Of a DNA stretch of 50,540 bases, positions 26,734 through 37,101 are shown in pieces; position 1 is the stretch's first letter, and every line of letters begins with the position of its first letter. The notes beneath the pieces were generated by a model. The model was not told the DNA's origin and did no database searches. It saw nothing but the letters and a program-made list of their open reading frames with translations. The translations under genes were made by a program, and so were the position numbers. Location: NCBI GenBank assembly GCA_018238375.1, contig JABCTJ010000129.1:1-50540 (forward strand), written 5' to 3'. Source of the DNA: Candidatus Thorarchaeota archaeon. GTDB taxonomy: Archaea > Asgardarchaeota > Thorarchaeia > Thorarchaeales > Thorarchaeaceae.

Positions 26734-28344
26734 ATGGACCCCCTCATCGGCGTAATCTTGATAGTGTTCCCCATAATTCTCGCTTTTGTATTACTGGTTT
26801 TTCTGCATAAAGCAGCGGATGTTACTGGCGTAATTGTTTGGCTTGTGACATTGGTGATTGCTATTTTCGGATTTCAGACAGATGTTGGAGTCGCACTAGT
26901 GGCTAGCCTTGCGGGAATGGTGAAGTCATTTCCGATTTCTTTGATGGTGGCGACTTCGATACTCATGATGACTTACATGCAAGAAATCGGTGCGCTCCAG
27001 AGGATTACCGTTTTCTTCAAGACCCTTGGTGGAGGTAACCGGCCTATGCAAATCCTGTTCATCAGCCTTGGTCTTGGTCTGTTCTTAGTTGGAATCGGGG
27101 CTACCCCCGTCACGATGCTACCACCTGTGATGCTAGCACTGGGGTTCTCTCCCCTTGTCGCGGTAGCATTACCTTCTATTGGCTACGATCCACTCACAAC
27201 ATTCGCTCTGTTGGCCGTTCCTGCACAGGTGTTTCAGAAAGCATTCAATGATGCGTCAGGACTCAATATTACTCTCGCGCAGTCAGGCTCTGTCTTTGCC
27301 ATGTTCATGCCAGTCATATCAACCGGAATAGCCGTATCGATGCTTTGGATTGCGGGAGGTCGACAGATGCTCAAGGATCGTGAAGCACTGTTACTGGCAG
27401 TGACATCTGGTCTAACGGCAGGCTTTGTTGCGATATTATGCAATCTCGAAGCAGTGAACATGACCCGGTTGACTAACGTATTTGCAGGAGCTGCAGTTGT
27501 ATTCGTTCTCTTCCTGTACACTAGGATTCGCAAACGCCCAATGATTGATCGTAGTCAGCTGACTGATAAGGACTTGGAGGTCGAGAAAACCATGAGCCTG
27601 GGGCGAGCAAGCATCCCATGGGTTATCCTTGTTATTCTTAGCCTCTTAACGACCCTTGTTGAACCAATCAGATTCTTGCTTGCAGAGCAGCTGAACATCG
27701 CTATTCAGCTCGGGGCATACCCTCAGATCATCAATACTAGGGCGCTCTGGCAAGCCTATACCTTGATGCTGGTTGCAACCCTAGTATCGATACCATTCTT
27801 CTCGAGAGACAGAACGATTATGAAAAATACGTTTTCCAAATTCTTAAAGCGTGCACCCCGGCCAGTGCTTGCCGCAGCCATTTTCTTTGCAATGGCTGAG
27901 GTGATGATTTACAGCGGATGGTTTGTTGGTCCTGGAGAAGTTTGGGCGTACCCGCTCGACCCATCAAATAACATGGTGCATCTCCTTGCGACTTTGACAT
28001 CTGAGAGTCTGGGTCAAGCATATCCATTGACTGCTGCTTTCTTGGGCCTTCTAGCTGGCTTTGTTTCAGGATCCGAAACGTCCTCCATAGCAATGTTCAC
28101 TGACTATCACTACCAAGCAAGTATTGCTATCGGTGCAAATGCCCACCAAGCCCAGATAATCGCTGCCTCCAGCGGCATCGGAGGAGGGCTCGCTAGTGTT
28201 CTCAGCCCAGCTAAAATTCAAAACGCAACAGCAGTCATCGATAAGATTGGCATAGAGGGGGAGGTCATCCGTTACGGCGCTGTTGTTGCTATCCTCATGA
28301 CGCTGGCAGTCGCAATCATGACATATATCTGGTTTATTATTTAG
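26734..28344 (+). CDS. L-lactate permease (LctP) family transporter
   Basis: 536 aa and highly hydrophobic, with more than 12 TM helices. The N-terminal third parallels LldP organisation (short leader, [23 protein letters not shown], then a GxGxxPVT-type segment). ATG follows the upstream stop by 1 nt. Confidence 0.65.
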   Translation: MDPLIGVILIVFPIILAFVLLVFLHKAADVTGVIVWLVTLVIAIFGFQTDVGVALVASLAGMVKSFPISLMVATSILMMTYMQEIGALQRITVFFKTLGGGNRPMQILFISLGLGLFLVGIGATPVTMLPPVMLALGFSPLVAVALPSIGYDPLTTFALLAVPAQVFQKAFNDASGLNITLAQSGSVFAMFMPVISTGIAVSMLWIAGGRQMLKDREALLLAVTSGLTAGFVAILCNLEAVNMTRLTNVFAGAAVVFVLFLYTRIRKRPMIDRSQLTDKDLEVEKTMSLGRASIPWVILVILSLLTTLVEPIRFLLAEQLNIAIQLGAYPQIINTRALWQAYTLMLVATLVSIPFFSRDRTIMKNTFSKFLKRAPRPVLAAAIFFAMAEVMIYSGWFVGPGEVWAYPLDPSNNMVHLLATLTSESLGQAYPLTAAFLGLLAGFVSGSETSSIAMFTDYHYQASIAIGANAHQAQIIAASSGIGGGLASVLSPAKIQNATAVIDKIGIEGEVIRYGAVVAILMTLAVAIMTYIWFII

Positions 28345-28497
28345 TCGTTCAGTTCATCAATCTTGGCTGCCAGAATGAAATCATTATCGAATAAACCCTT
28401 TATCACATGCGTCCAGAGTGTCAAGGTGACCTTATTCCAAAAAGTGACAGCGCGAAAAGCGTGAGAAACCTTAACTCCTTCGAAGGGCACAAACAAG

Positions 28498-29001
28498 TTG
28501 GTGGCTGTTATGAGTTTCAAAGTGAGCCCAATAGGACTGATTCACACTCCATTCAAGACCAGTGAGAATATACCAATCCAGCCTGCTTTCTCTGATGTGG
28601 AAGGTGAGGCCATGGTTTTTTCCGAGTTCGTGGATGGACTATACTCCTTGGAAGATTTTTCACACATCATTCTCGTCTATTGGTTCCACAAAGCAAAGTC
28701 CCCCAAGTTGAAGGTCCAGCCGTATTTGGATCAGACTGAGCACGGTCTCTTTGCGACTCGTGCCCCTTCCCGGCCAAACCCCATTGGAATATCGGTTGTT
28801 AAGCTGATCAGAATCAAAGGGGACAAGATTGTGTTCAAGGGTGCTGACATGTTAGACGGAACTCCCCTTCTGGACATCAAGCCCTACGTTCCTAGCTTTG
28901 ATGGGGTTTTTAATGCAAAAGTGGGTTGGTTGGAGCGTCATCTCTCAGATTCTGAGAATGAGAGCAAAACCGCCGATTCACGATTCACAATTGACGAGTG
29001 A
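28498..29001 (+). CDS. trmO: tRNA (m6t6A37) methyltransferase TrmO / TsaA-like
   Basis: [11 protein letters not shown]...[28 protein letters not shown] and [14 protein letters not shown] are diagnostic. The start is TTG 28498 or ATG 28510. Confidence 0.85.
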   Translation: MVAVMSFKVSPIGLIHTPFKTSENIPIQPAFSDVEGEAMVFSEFVDGLYSLEDFSHIILVYWFHKAKSPKLKVQPYLDQTEHGLFATRAPSRPNPIGISVVKLIRIKGDKIVFKGADMLDGTPLLDIKPYVPSFDGVFNAKVGWLERHLSDSENESKTADSRFTIDE

Positions 29002-29108
29002 ACAGTCAACTATATCAGATATATGGAACGAGAACGCTGACATGACTTTGAAGAAAGTCAGCGATAGAATCTGCACATGTATTAATAGCAATAACGGAGG
29101 CAACTTGG

Positions 29109-31016
29109 GTGCTCCTCCTTGAACCCGCTACAATAGGAAACCTCACTCTTGAGAATCGACTTGTATTCCTCGCGACTCATTTGGGATACTGTGAAGACGG
29201 CGTTGTATCAGACCAGCTAGTTGAGTTCTACCGGGCTAGGGCTGAGCATAGGCCGGGCTTGATAATCGTCGGCGGCTGCTATACCGAGCATTTGGGTATG
29301 AGCAGCCCCACAATGCTAGGGATCAGCAAGGATGAACACATTGAAGGGCTCTCCAGACTCGCTTCACAGATACATCAATACAAGGTGCCGGTGGCCGCTC
29401 AGCTCTATCACGCAGGTCGGTATGTACATTCGATCATGATTGGGGAACAGGCTGTATCAGCATCTGAGGTCGCGTGCAGGCTCACTCGAGAAACCCCCCG
29501 TGCTCTGGCAGAGAATGAGATTCATGAAACTGTAGAAAACTTCGGAAAGGCAGCCCGGAGGGCAAAGAAAGCCGGTTTCGACGCTGTAGAGATCATTGGC
29601 TCTGCAGGATACATCATCAATCAGTTCCTTGCAGCATGCACGAATAAGAGAACTGATGGCTATGGCGGGGACCTGAAGACTAGAGCAAGATTTGCTCTTG
29701 AGGTCGTTGAGAGTGTGAGGGCCGCTGTCGGGTCTAATTATTCCGTGATGTACAGAATCAGCGGCGAGGATTTCGTGGAAGGCGGCAATACCCTTGAGGA
29801 CAACAAGAAAGTAGTTCAGTGGCTTGAAGATGCTGGGGTTAACTGCTTCAATGTGACTGGAGGATGGCACGAAACTCGTGTACCACAGATAACAATGAAT
29901 GTGCCTCGCGGGCACTTCGCGTATCTTGCAGAAGAAATTGCAGAATCTGTTGATGTACCAGTCATCGCATGTAATCGAATAAACAGCCCAACTATTGCTG
30001 AGCGAATACTGGAACGAGGAAAAGTACAACTTATCGGTATGTCCCGGGGATTCATAGCGGATCCAGAGCTGCCTCAAAAGATACGTGCAGGTCGTTCCGG
30101 AAGTATTCGGACGTGTATCGGCTGTAACGCCTGCCTTGACCAAGTCTTCACGTTGCAACCCGTGATTTGTGCAATCAATCCAATAGCCGGCTTTGAGCTC
30201 AAGAGAAACATCGGGTCTCATGGCTTTGGAAAGATAGCGGTGATTGGAGCGGGACCGGCAGGTCTCGAAACCTCAAGAGTGCTGCGCTTACGAGGCTTTG
30301 ATGTCACCGTGTTCGAGGAACAGGCCGCACCTGGTGGACTACTTAGGTTGGCCGCGAAGATTCCCGGTCGAGGAGAATTCGCTTCCTATACCACTCACAT
30401 GTGGAGAGAGATGCGTAGACTAGGAGTAGATCTAAGGCTGAGCACAAGAGCAGACGCCAGTATGTTGATTGATATGGGATTTGATTTCATTGTTTGTGCA
30501 ACTGGAACAGTTTCGGGAGCCCCCGAGGTTGATGGGGTCGAGATGCCGCATGTGATGTCTGCGGTGGATGCAGTTGAGCTCCTACCTCAAGATCTTGGAA
30601 CAGTCGCAATAGTAGGCGGCGGCGCACTTGGATGCTACACTGCTCTACGTCTTTCATCAAATGTTGAGTCCGTGCACATATTCGAGAAAGGTAGCTCTCT
30701 AGGCAAGGACCTTGGTCGGACTTCGCGTTGGGTCATTATGAATGACCTTCGCGAGCGGGGCGTGGAGCTGCACAAGAACGTAGAGGTGAAACAAATCACA
30801 CGCGAATACGTGGTTCTAACTGAGAATGTCCAGAAGCAGCTCTTCTCCGCAGATACAGTCGTGCTGGCCACGGAGCCTTACCCTCGACTACGACTGGTGG
30901 ACAAGCTCCGAGCGAAAGGCATTAAACTTGAGCTTGTTGGCTCCGTAGAGCAAAAGATGAATCTTCTTGAAACTGTTCATCGAGCCTTTGAGTTCGCTTC
31001 AGGACTGGAGCTGTAA
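29109..31016 (+). CDS. Old-Yellow-Enzyme-type NADH:flavin oxidoreductase fused to an FAD/NAD(P)-binding domain (2,4-dienoyl-CoA reductase-like)
   Basis: 635 aa. The OYE TIM-barrel N-terminus (IGNLTLENRLV, AQLYHAGR, GFDAVEIIGSAGYIINQFL, NKRTDGYGG) is followed by a Cys cluster (CIGCNACLD...C) and a GAGPAGLE dinucleotide-binding fold. GGAGG lies 8 nt upstream of GTG 29109. Confidence 0.9.
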   Translation: MLLLEPATIGNLTLENRLVFLATHLGYCEDGVVSDQLVEFYRARAEHRPGLIIVGGCYTEHLGMSSPTMLGISKDEHIEGLSRLASQIHQYKVPVAAQLYHAGRYVHSIMIGEQAVSASEVACRLTRETPRALAENEIHETVENFGKAARRAKKAGFDAVEIIGSAGYIINQFLAACTNKRTDGYGGDLKTRARFALEVVESVRAAVGSNYSVMYRISGEDFVEGGNTLEDNKKVVQWLEDAGVNCFNVTGGWHETRVPQITMNVPRGHFAYLAEEIAESVDVPVIACNRINSPTIAERILERGKVQLIGMSRGFIADPELPQKIRAGRSGSIRTCIGCNACLDQVFTLQPVICAINPIAGFELKRNIGSHGFGKIAVIGAGPAGLETSRVLRLRGFDVTVFEEQAAPGGLLRLAAKIPGRGEFASYTTHMWREMRRLGVDLRLSTRADASMLIDMGFDFIVCATGTVSGAPEVDGVEMPHVMSAVDAVELLPQDLGTVAIVGGGALGCYTALRLSSNVESVHIFEKGSSLGKDLGRTSRWVIMNDLRERGVELHKNVEVKQITREYVVLTENVQKQLFSADTVVLATEPYPRLRLVDKLRAKGIKLELVGSVEQKMNLLETVHRAFEFASGLEL

Positions 31017-31080
31017 GTTCCGTGCCTGAGACACCAATCTTATAGGTGATTCACTCGGAGAGAAGTCATCTCGACATTCC

Positions 31081-32262
31081 TTGGAGGACACCCGTACTGT
31101 GTCAGTATCTGACGATTATCCCAGCGTTATTAGCTACCCCACATTTGGTGAACTGAGCGACGTGCTCTCAACTAGATTCGAGGTGCTGATGAGCGCGATG
31201 GAGTATGGTGCCCCCACGTTTGTGGTCCGATGGCCAAATGGAGTCGTGCCAGGACCTGAAGAGCAAGACCGCATCTTCCAAGACATACACGAGATGACGA
31301 AGAAACTCCGAGTCTGGCCCCTTGTACGTTGGAGGAATCAATCGGAGGGAGAAGTTTACATTCGTTTCGTGCCAGCTCAGAAAGCAAAGAAGTCCGACGT
31401 TAAGATCAACTACGTTCTGTTCATAGCTACCCTTGCGACCATTGCCATTGCAGGATTCATGCAGGCAACATCTCCGGTATTCCTTACCCTCTTCTATCCC
31501 AATGGCTGGACGTTTCTCGACATAGCGCTTGTAACTATTGGGTTCATGGCGGCCTTGATGGGGATTATTTTCACTCACGAGATGGGGCATTTTCTGACCG
31601 CTAAGAACAGGGGTATCGAAGCGACACTTCCCTACTTCATTCCGGGCCTTCCCCAACTAGGTGGTACTTTTGGCGCATTCATCCAACAGAAGAGCCCTCC
31701 TATGAATCGTAAAGACCTGTTTGATCTAGGGCTTGCAGGGCCTTTTGCCGGCTTCGCGGTAACGCTAGTTGTGCTCGTCATTGGCTTTTTCCTGTCCATT
31801 CCTGTGACAGCTGAACAAGTGGTTGCTCTTGATGAGGCATTCCCAGGAATGTCAGGTGAGCTTGCAGTTCCTCTTCTATTCATGTTCTTTGAAATGATAT
31901 ACTCTGATTTCATACCCGCTGGCGGAACTATATACATGCATCCTCTTGCATTTGTCGCTTGGGTTGGGATGCTGATTACCGCTCTCAACCTCTTCCCTGT
32001 TAGTCAGCTTGATGGCGGTCATGCATTGCGGTCAATTGTTGGCGAGAAGTATCACAAGTATATTGGCTGGGGCGCAATGGCTGTGATGTTCTTAATGGGT
32101 TATTACATGATGGCGATTCTCATCCTTCTCATGTCGAAAGGCGGCTCACATCCAGGCCCTCTCAATGACATTGTACCGCTCTCAAAAGCGAGAATTGCTA
32201 TCTTTCTGCTGGCGATGGTGATTCTGGTAATCTGTATTCCACCATTGTACGCCATGTTTTGA
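31081..32262 (+). CDS. site-2 protease family (M50) intramembrane zinc metalloprotease
   Basis: HEMGHFLTA (HExxH in a TM helix) plus LNLFPVSQLDGGH (NxxPxxxLDG motif), in a multi-TM protein with a TTG start. Confidence 0.85.
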   Translation: MEDTRTVSVSDDYPSVISYPTFGELSDVLSTRFEVLMSAMEYGAPTFVVRWPNGVVPGPEEQDRIFQDIHEMTKKLRVWPLVRWRNQSEGEVYIRFVPAQKAKKSDVKINYVLFIATLATIAIAGFMQATSPVFLTLFYPNGWTFLDIALVTIGFMAALMGIIFTHEMGHFLTAKNRGIEATLPYFIPGLPQLGGTFGAFIQQKSPPMNRKDLFDLGLAGPFAGFAVTLVVLVIGFFLSIPVTAEQVVALDEAFPGMSGELAVPLLFMFFEMIYSDFIPAGGTIYMHPLAFVAWVGMLITALNLFPVSQLDGGHALRSIVGEKYHKYIGWGAMAVMFLMGYYMMAILILLMSKGGSHPGPLNDIVPLSKARIAIFLLAMVILVICIPPLYAMF

Positions 32263-32542
32263 TGTCGTAGCCTCAGATTGACGCCTTGGAATTGCGTGCT
32301 GTCAGCTGATATTCAAATCATTTGTCGGTCCCGTTTTCGCCTTCTGGGACGGTCGTTAGGATTCGGTTTATGAAGAAGGTATCATCTGCATTCAAGGCTT
32401 CTTGGCTAGATACAGCTCTAAGGCGTTGTAGTGGTTCACAGGTGGAACCATGACAATGCTTTTATGCGCGTCGAAGTTTCGACCGCGCCAAGACACGCGA
32501 CGGCCTCAGAGAAGACTATCGTTAGTTTGCGAGTGTAACACC

Positions 32543-34447
32543 ATGAAAAGAGTATTTGCCCTCCTCTTTGTGCTACTGATTTTTGTCAGTACGGGAACCA
32601 CAATGCTTCACAAAGGCACAGCGATAATCGAAACCGGTCTAATAGAAACCTCGCATCTGATTGCTGACACGGATTTGGTGGTTGTTAATGAGATAATCAA
32701 TTCCGGACAGTCATTCAACGACGACGATTTCCTGTTTTATGTTTACAATTACACCTACCAGATTGCAAACGCTACTGTTACTCTTTACAACTCCAGTCAT
32801 GCATACTATGCTTCGATGGCCACTGAGGGTGGCTCTGGCTCCGCCATCTTTTACGATCTCCTCCAAGGCACTTACTTCTGGAATGTGACATTGGAGCATG
32901 CGATTGGCGACTTTGATGTGAATCTGTTTGAGAATGGCACGATGGTGTCTGATGGCCCTGAAGCATACCCGACTATTGAGGTTGGGAACTTGGATTGGGA
33001 TAACGATGACGATGACTTCAACGCCACAGTCATAGATATCGACGGCAACCCTGGAGATGGACTCAATTTTTCCATACATCATCGGGACAACAACTCCATC
33101 TGGAACCAGATAGTGCTGGGTTCCGACGGTCTGGCTGAGTTTCTCGACATTCCAATCGGCAACTTCACATGGAAAATCACTGTGGCTTCCGGAGATTACG
33201 CCAACTATGTGCTTGATGCAGGGAACTTCACAACCGATGGCACGACAATCAATGTTCATCAAATACTTGGACCCTTTGCAGGTTCTCCTGACCTCTATGA
33301 CCTAGAGGTGTTTACTTACTATGAAACCAGTGTGGCCGCGTTCCAAGGGGCACTAGTGAATGTCACATACATAAACGGAACTGTGATTGCCACCCAGACT
33401 ACTCCTGCCAATGGGACCGTACGATTCTTCGACTTGCCCATTGCTTACATCAACTGGACAGTAACTCAGAACGGTGAAACGATAGGTCCTGGCGGATACC
33501 ACAAGAATCTCACGACCATCAACACAGATATTCGCGTTCCTGTAATTACATCTCCCGGGAATCAGACGTTCCTATTTGAAGCAGAGAACATCACTGTCAT
33601 GTGGATAGTAGAAGATGAATATCCTGATGATATCCAGATGAAAGTTGATGGTGTTGTTGTGGAATACTTTGACTGGATCAACACCACTGAATACACGTAC
33701 AACTTCACTGGCTATGATATAGGCGTCTATGACCTTGTGCTTGTTGTGATGGATCAGAATGACAACATCGCGGAAGACGAGATTACTTTGACAATTCATG
33801 AAGTAGATGTGCCGGTAATAGTAGGTCCGGAGTCTGCAGAATACTACTTCACTGAAACCGGCAACACGATTCAGTGGAATATTACTGACGATTACGTAAA
33901 CATGTATACCGTATACCGTGACACTGAGGAGCTCGAAGGCGGGACTATTAATCGCGACGAACCATTTGTTATCATCAGCATTGATGGATTGGCTGTGGGT
34001 ACATATGATTACATGCTGTCTGCTAATGATACTAGTGGAAACGTTGCTACTCACAACGTGACCGTTCATGTCAATGGTGATGATGTAGTACCAGTGATTG
34101 TCTATGCCCCTGATGATATGGTCTACGCAAGGGGTGATGGTGGACTTGTTCGCAACTGGACCGTCACTGATGACTTCAAGATTCGGTATACCATTGTCGT
34201 TGATGGATTTGTGAAAGTCGACGAGGATTGGACCAGCGAAACAATCGACTTCAACTTCGCTGGACTCGACGAAGGAATCCACTGGGTCGAGTTGACTGTT
34301 TATGATATTGGAGGGAACTCAGCGAGTTCTGCAGTCATGGTAACTGTTACGCCTGCAACCACGGTCGTGTATTTAGTCATGGCTGGACTAGCAGTCGGAG
34401 CTATCATAGTATTCGTATTCGTCATCTGGTATATCCGGTACCGGTAG
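32543..34447 (+). CDS. secreted, C-terminally anchored surface protein, sequon-rich with tandem repeat domains
   Basis: I prefer ATG 32543 (MKRVFALLFVLLIFVSTG signal peptide) over the track start at 32450. The C-terminal TM is VVYLVMAGLAVGAIIVFVFVIWYI. I counted more than 20 N-x-S/T sequons by eye. Three tandem modules each start with (V)PVI. Confidence 0.75.
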   Translation: MKRVFALLFVLLIFVSTGTTMLHKGTAIIETGLIETSHLIADTDLVVVNEIINSGQSFNDDDFLFYVYNYTYQIANATVTLYNSSHAYYASMATEGGSGSAIFYDLLQGTYFWNVTLEHAIGDFDVNLFENGTMVSDGPEAYPTIEVGNLDWDNDDDDFNATVIDIDGNPGDGLNFSIHHRDNNSIWNQIVLGSDGLAEFLDIPIGNFTWKITVASGDYANYVLDAGNFTTDGTTINVHQILGPFAGSPDLYDLEVFTYYETSVAAFQGALVNVTYINGTVIATQTTPANGTVRFFDLPIAYINWTVTQNGETIGPGGYHKNLTTINTDIRVPVITSPGNQTFLFEAENITVMWIVEDEYPDDIQMKVDGVVVEYFDWINTTEYTYNFTGYDIGVYDLVLVVMDQNDNIAEDEITLTIHEVDVPVIVGPESAEYYFTETGNTIQWNITDDYVNMYTVYRDTEELEGGTINRDEPFVIISIDGLAVGTYDYMLSANDTSGNVATHNVTVHVNGDDVVPVIVYAPDDMVYARGDGGLVRNWTVTDDFKIRYTIVVDGFVKVDEDWTSETIDFNFAGLDEGIHWVELTVYDIGGNSASSAVMVTVTPATTVVYLVMAGLAVGAIIVFVFVIWYIRYR

Positions 34448-34549
34448 TGTGCGTTGACGGTTTGTTGTGGCCGTCAGCCTTTTATCCGTGTCTGGGACTT
34501 CCCAGCAGACTAACCCGTGGCGGGCAGTCACTTCCTTTATGGTGATAAA

Positions 34550-35845
34550 ATGGGATTCATCCATATACGAAATGTGCTTGAAGGTAAGACCGAGGGCGAG
34601 AAGATCATGCTTCGAGGCTGGGTTCACAGAATCCGCAAGCAGAAGAAGATGGTCTTTGTGCTCCTGCGCGACCCTTCCGGTGTCGTTCAAACAGTTGTCA
34701 AAAAAGGCGTTGTCAGTGAAGAGGAGTATGCTGACGCAGAGAAGATGCTTATCGAGTCCCTAGTAACTCTCAGTGGTACAGTCAATGCTGACTCCAGAGC
34801 TGAAGGCGGGTATGAGGTGCAGGTGGACGAGGTCAAGGTACTCCATTTTGCGGAGGAGTTCCCAATCACTGAACACCAGAGCACAGAATTTCTGAATGAC
34901 AATAGACATCTTTGGATGAGATCTCGAAAGATGACTAACGTGCTTAAGGTCAGGGACGAGGTTTTCCACTCCGCTAGAGAGTATCTAAGAAAGAAGGACT
35001 TCTATGAAACCACCTCGCCGATGTTTGTATCCACCCTTGGTGAAGAAGGTGCAGATCTCTTCGAAGTGAGTTACTTCGGACGCAAGATTTTCCTCACACA
35101 GACATCACAGATGCATCTTGAGCCGCAGCTTTTTGCGATGGAGCGTGTGTTCACTCTTGCTCCCTCCTTCAGGGCTGAAAAATCTCGGACGCGGAAACAC
35201 CTGACAGAATACTGGCATCTTGAGGCTGAAGAGGCATGGTGCGACCACGAGTGCAACTTGAAGCGGCAAGAGGAGCTCATCTCTTACATGTGTCATGCTG
35301 TTGCAGACAACAGGAGAGAGGACCTCGATGAATTGGGTGTCGACCCTGAGCGTCTCTACGGAGTTAAGCCGCCTTTTGATAGGATGACATACACTGAGGC
35401 AATCGAGGTTTGTCAGAGTGCAGGGTTGAAGATAAAATGGGGGGAAGACATCAGAACAGAGGCTGAGAAGATCCTTACTGACGAAAGAGACAAGTTCCTC
35501 TTTGTAGAGTGTTATCCAAAGGAGATCAAGAGTTTCTACATGAAGAACAATGAAGCAGACCCGCGGACTTACAAGAACAATGACCTGCTCATGCCTCAAG
35601 GCTTTGGAGAAGTAATAGGTGGTAGTCAACGCGAGGATGATGCCAGCATATTGCTTCAGAACCTTGAGCGAATTGGTGATGATCCTGCTAAGTACAAATG
35701 GTACATTGACATTCGCAGATATGGTAGTGTGGAACACTCTGGATTTGGAGTTGGCATGGACAGACTGATTACGTGGATGTTGGATTTAGAGCATATCAGA
35801 GATTGTGTGCCCTTTCCAAGAACAGTAAGCCGTGTCTACCCATAA
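34550..35845 (+). CDS. asnS: asparagine--tRNA ligase
   Basis: Class IIb synthetase with an OB-fold N-terminus (LRGWVHRIRKQKKMVFVLLRD), motif 2 region FRAEKSRTRKHLTEYWHLEAE (AsnRS-type rather than AspRS) and motif 3 YGSVEHSGFGVGMDRL. I prefer ATG 34550 over GTG 34517. Confidence 0.88.
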   Translation: MGFIHIRNVLEGKTEGEKIMLRGWVHRIRKQKKMVFVLLRDPSGVVQTVVKKGVVSEEEYADAEKMLIESLVTLSGTVNADSRAEGGYEVQVDEVKVLHFAEEFPITEHQSTEFLNDNRHLWMRSRKMTNVLKVRDEVFHSAREYLRKKDFYETTSPMFVSTLGEEGADLFEVSYFGRKIFLTQTSQMHLEPQLFAMERVFTLAPSFRAEKSRTRKHLTEYWHLEAEEAWCDHECNLKRQEELISYMCHAVADNRREDLDELGVDPERLYGVKPPFDRMTYTEAIEVCQSAGLKIKWGEDIRTEAEKILTDERDKFLFVECYPKEIKSFYMKNNEADPRTYKNNDLLMPQGFGEVIGGSQREDDASILLQNLERIGDDPAKYKWYIDIRRYGSVEHSGFGVGMDRLITWMLDLEHIRDCVPFPRTVSRVYP

Positions 35846-35883
35846 TGTTCTGTCAGCTTTACGGAGCACCAGTTCATGGATTA

Positions 35884-36126
35884 CTACCCAATCTCTTGGT
35901 GTTCTCTTTCATTCTTGTCCTCTATCAACTGCCGCTGGTGCACACGAATCATTTGAATTGAGTACAAGAGTCCCGCACCGCCTGCTACAATGCCAATGAG
36001 CCAGAGATCACTTGCCCAGGGATGTGACAAGAGATTCGTGAGAATGTATACATTCAGCGAGAAGAAGAAGATGGCAAATGTGATTAGAATCGCTGAGAAC
36101 GACCATGGCATCTTCGCTTGACTCAT
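35884..36126 (-). CDS. small two-TM membrane protein
   Basis: 80 aa with two clear hydrophobic helices. It lies 84 nt downstream of the ABC operon on the same strand. Confidence 0.45.
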   Translation of the reverse strand: MSQAKMPWSFSAILITFAIFFFSLNVYILTNLLSHPWASDLWLIGIVAGGAGLLYSIQMIRVHQRQLIEDKNEREHQEIG

Positions 36127-36210
36127 GAGGGCTCACAGCAACTTCTCTGAAGAGCGCAATATAGACCTTGTCCAAGCCTACGTAGAGTGAGGTCTGAAAA
36201 CGCAGGTCTA

Positions 36211-37101
36211 CTAGATTTCAGATATATCGTTGGGAAATTCATCAATATTCAACGGACTGACCAAGAGCCCTTCAGATGTGACTTTCAAGACCACACGCCG
36301 ACCTAAGTTCGCCAGTCTACGAACAGTTTCCGGGAGTACCATCCGCCCTTTCGCATCAATCTCGGTTATGTCACCGTACAGAGTGTGGCGCTGCCCCTCA
36401 ATGAGCCCATCTCTGATGTGAAGAATCCTGTCGGCGTATGATGACACTCTTGGATTATGAGTCACGTTTACAATGGTCGTGTCGAACTCACGGTTGCTCA
36501 TCTTTAGTGCGTTCATGACCATCTCGGTGGTTTCGGTGTCAAGCTCGCCGGTTACCTCGTCAGCTAGGAGAAGCTCAGGCTTATTGGCCAGAGCCACGCA
36601 TATCGCGACTCTTTGATTCTCGCCACCGGACATCTGATGGGGTTTGTGATTCATCCTGTGCTGCATTTCGAAGGTTGTGAGAAGCATTCTAGCTCTCTCG
36701 TCTGCGGCTCCCTTGGGTGCTCCAGCTAACCTCATGGGGAGCTTAACATTCTTCAATGCGTTCAAGCCTGGCACCAAATTCCCTGTCTGCCAGACGAATC
36801 CGACCTTCTGCCTGCGATACATCATAGATCGCTTGTCGTCGAGAAGCGTGAGGCTATGTCCGTCGAAGAGTATTTGTCCTGCGGTAGGCTTGTCAAGGGC
36901 ACCTATCATTTTCAGGAGCGTGGACTTCCCGGAACCGCTTGGGCCTACAATGGACAGGAATTCTCCTCTCTTGACTTCAAAGTCCATGCCACGAAGAGCA
37001 ATGACTTCTTTTATTCCTCGTTTGTAAACCTTCATCAGGTCTCGCACGACGACTTTGTTCTCCATCGCAATTTGTTCTAGGTCTTCTGTCATAATGTTCA
37101 C
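36211..37101 (-). CDS. ABC transporter ATP-binding protein (MacB/LolD-type) with a C-terminal AbrB/SpoVT-like domain
   Basis: Walker A GPSGSGKST, Q-loop, signature MSGGENQRV, Walker B LLLADEVTGELD and H-loop VTHN are present. About 50 extra C-terminal residues (EIDAKGRMVLPETVRRLANLGRRVVLKVTSEGLLVSP) resemble the swapped-hairpin AbrB fold. Its start overlaps the upstream permease stop by 4 nt. Confidence 0.9.
   Translation of the reverse strand: MNIMTEDLEQIAMENKVVVRDLMKVYKRGIKEVIALRGMDFEVKRGEFLSIVGPSGSGKSTLLKMIGALDKPTAGQILFDGHSLTLLDDKRSMMYRRQKVGFVWQTGNLVPGLNALKNVKLPMRLAGAPKGAADERARMLLTTFEMQHRMNHKPHQMSGGENQRVAICVALANKPELLLADEVTGELDTETTEMVMNALKMSNREFDTTIVNVTHNPRVSSYADRILHIRDGLIEGQRHTLYGDITEIDAKGRMVLPETVRRLANLGRRVVLKVTSEGLLVSPLNIDEFPNDISEI

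Noticed and set aside
28341-28520. Sub-threshold minus-strand ORF in the 153-bp LctP-TrmO spacer. It reads ...[50 protein letters not shown]-stop, with the stop at 28341-28343.
   Set aside because: The translation looks protein-like, but there is no ATG. Only TTG or GTG candidates exist (28520, 28496, 28490), none has an SD motif, and the longest version overlaps the trmO start. I cannot support it as a gene from sequence alone. It could be a small protein or a gene relic, and tBLASTn or ribosome profiling would decide.
29457-30221. 254-aa minus-strand ORF (and 29816-30055) inside the OYE/dienoyl-CoA-reductase-like gene.
   Set aside because: It is antisense to a gene with multiple diagnostic motifs and has Cys/Ser/Leu-rich composition without motifs. 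It is a shadow ORF.
33572-35737. Long antisense ORFs 33572-34282 (236 aa) within the surface-protein gene and 35105-35737 (210 aa) within asnS.
   Set aside because: Both oppose genes with strong sense-strand evidence (signal peptide, repeats and TM anchor; class II aaRS motifs). Their translations lack any recognisable features.
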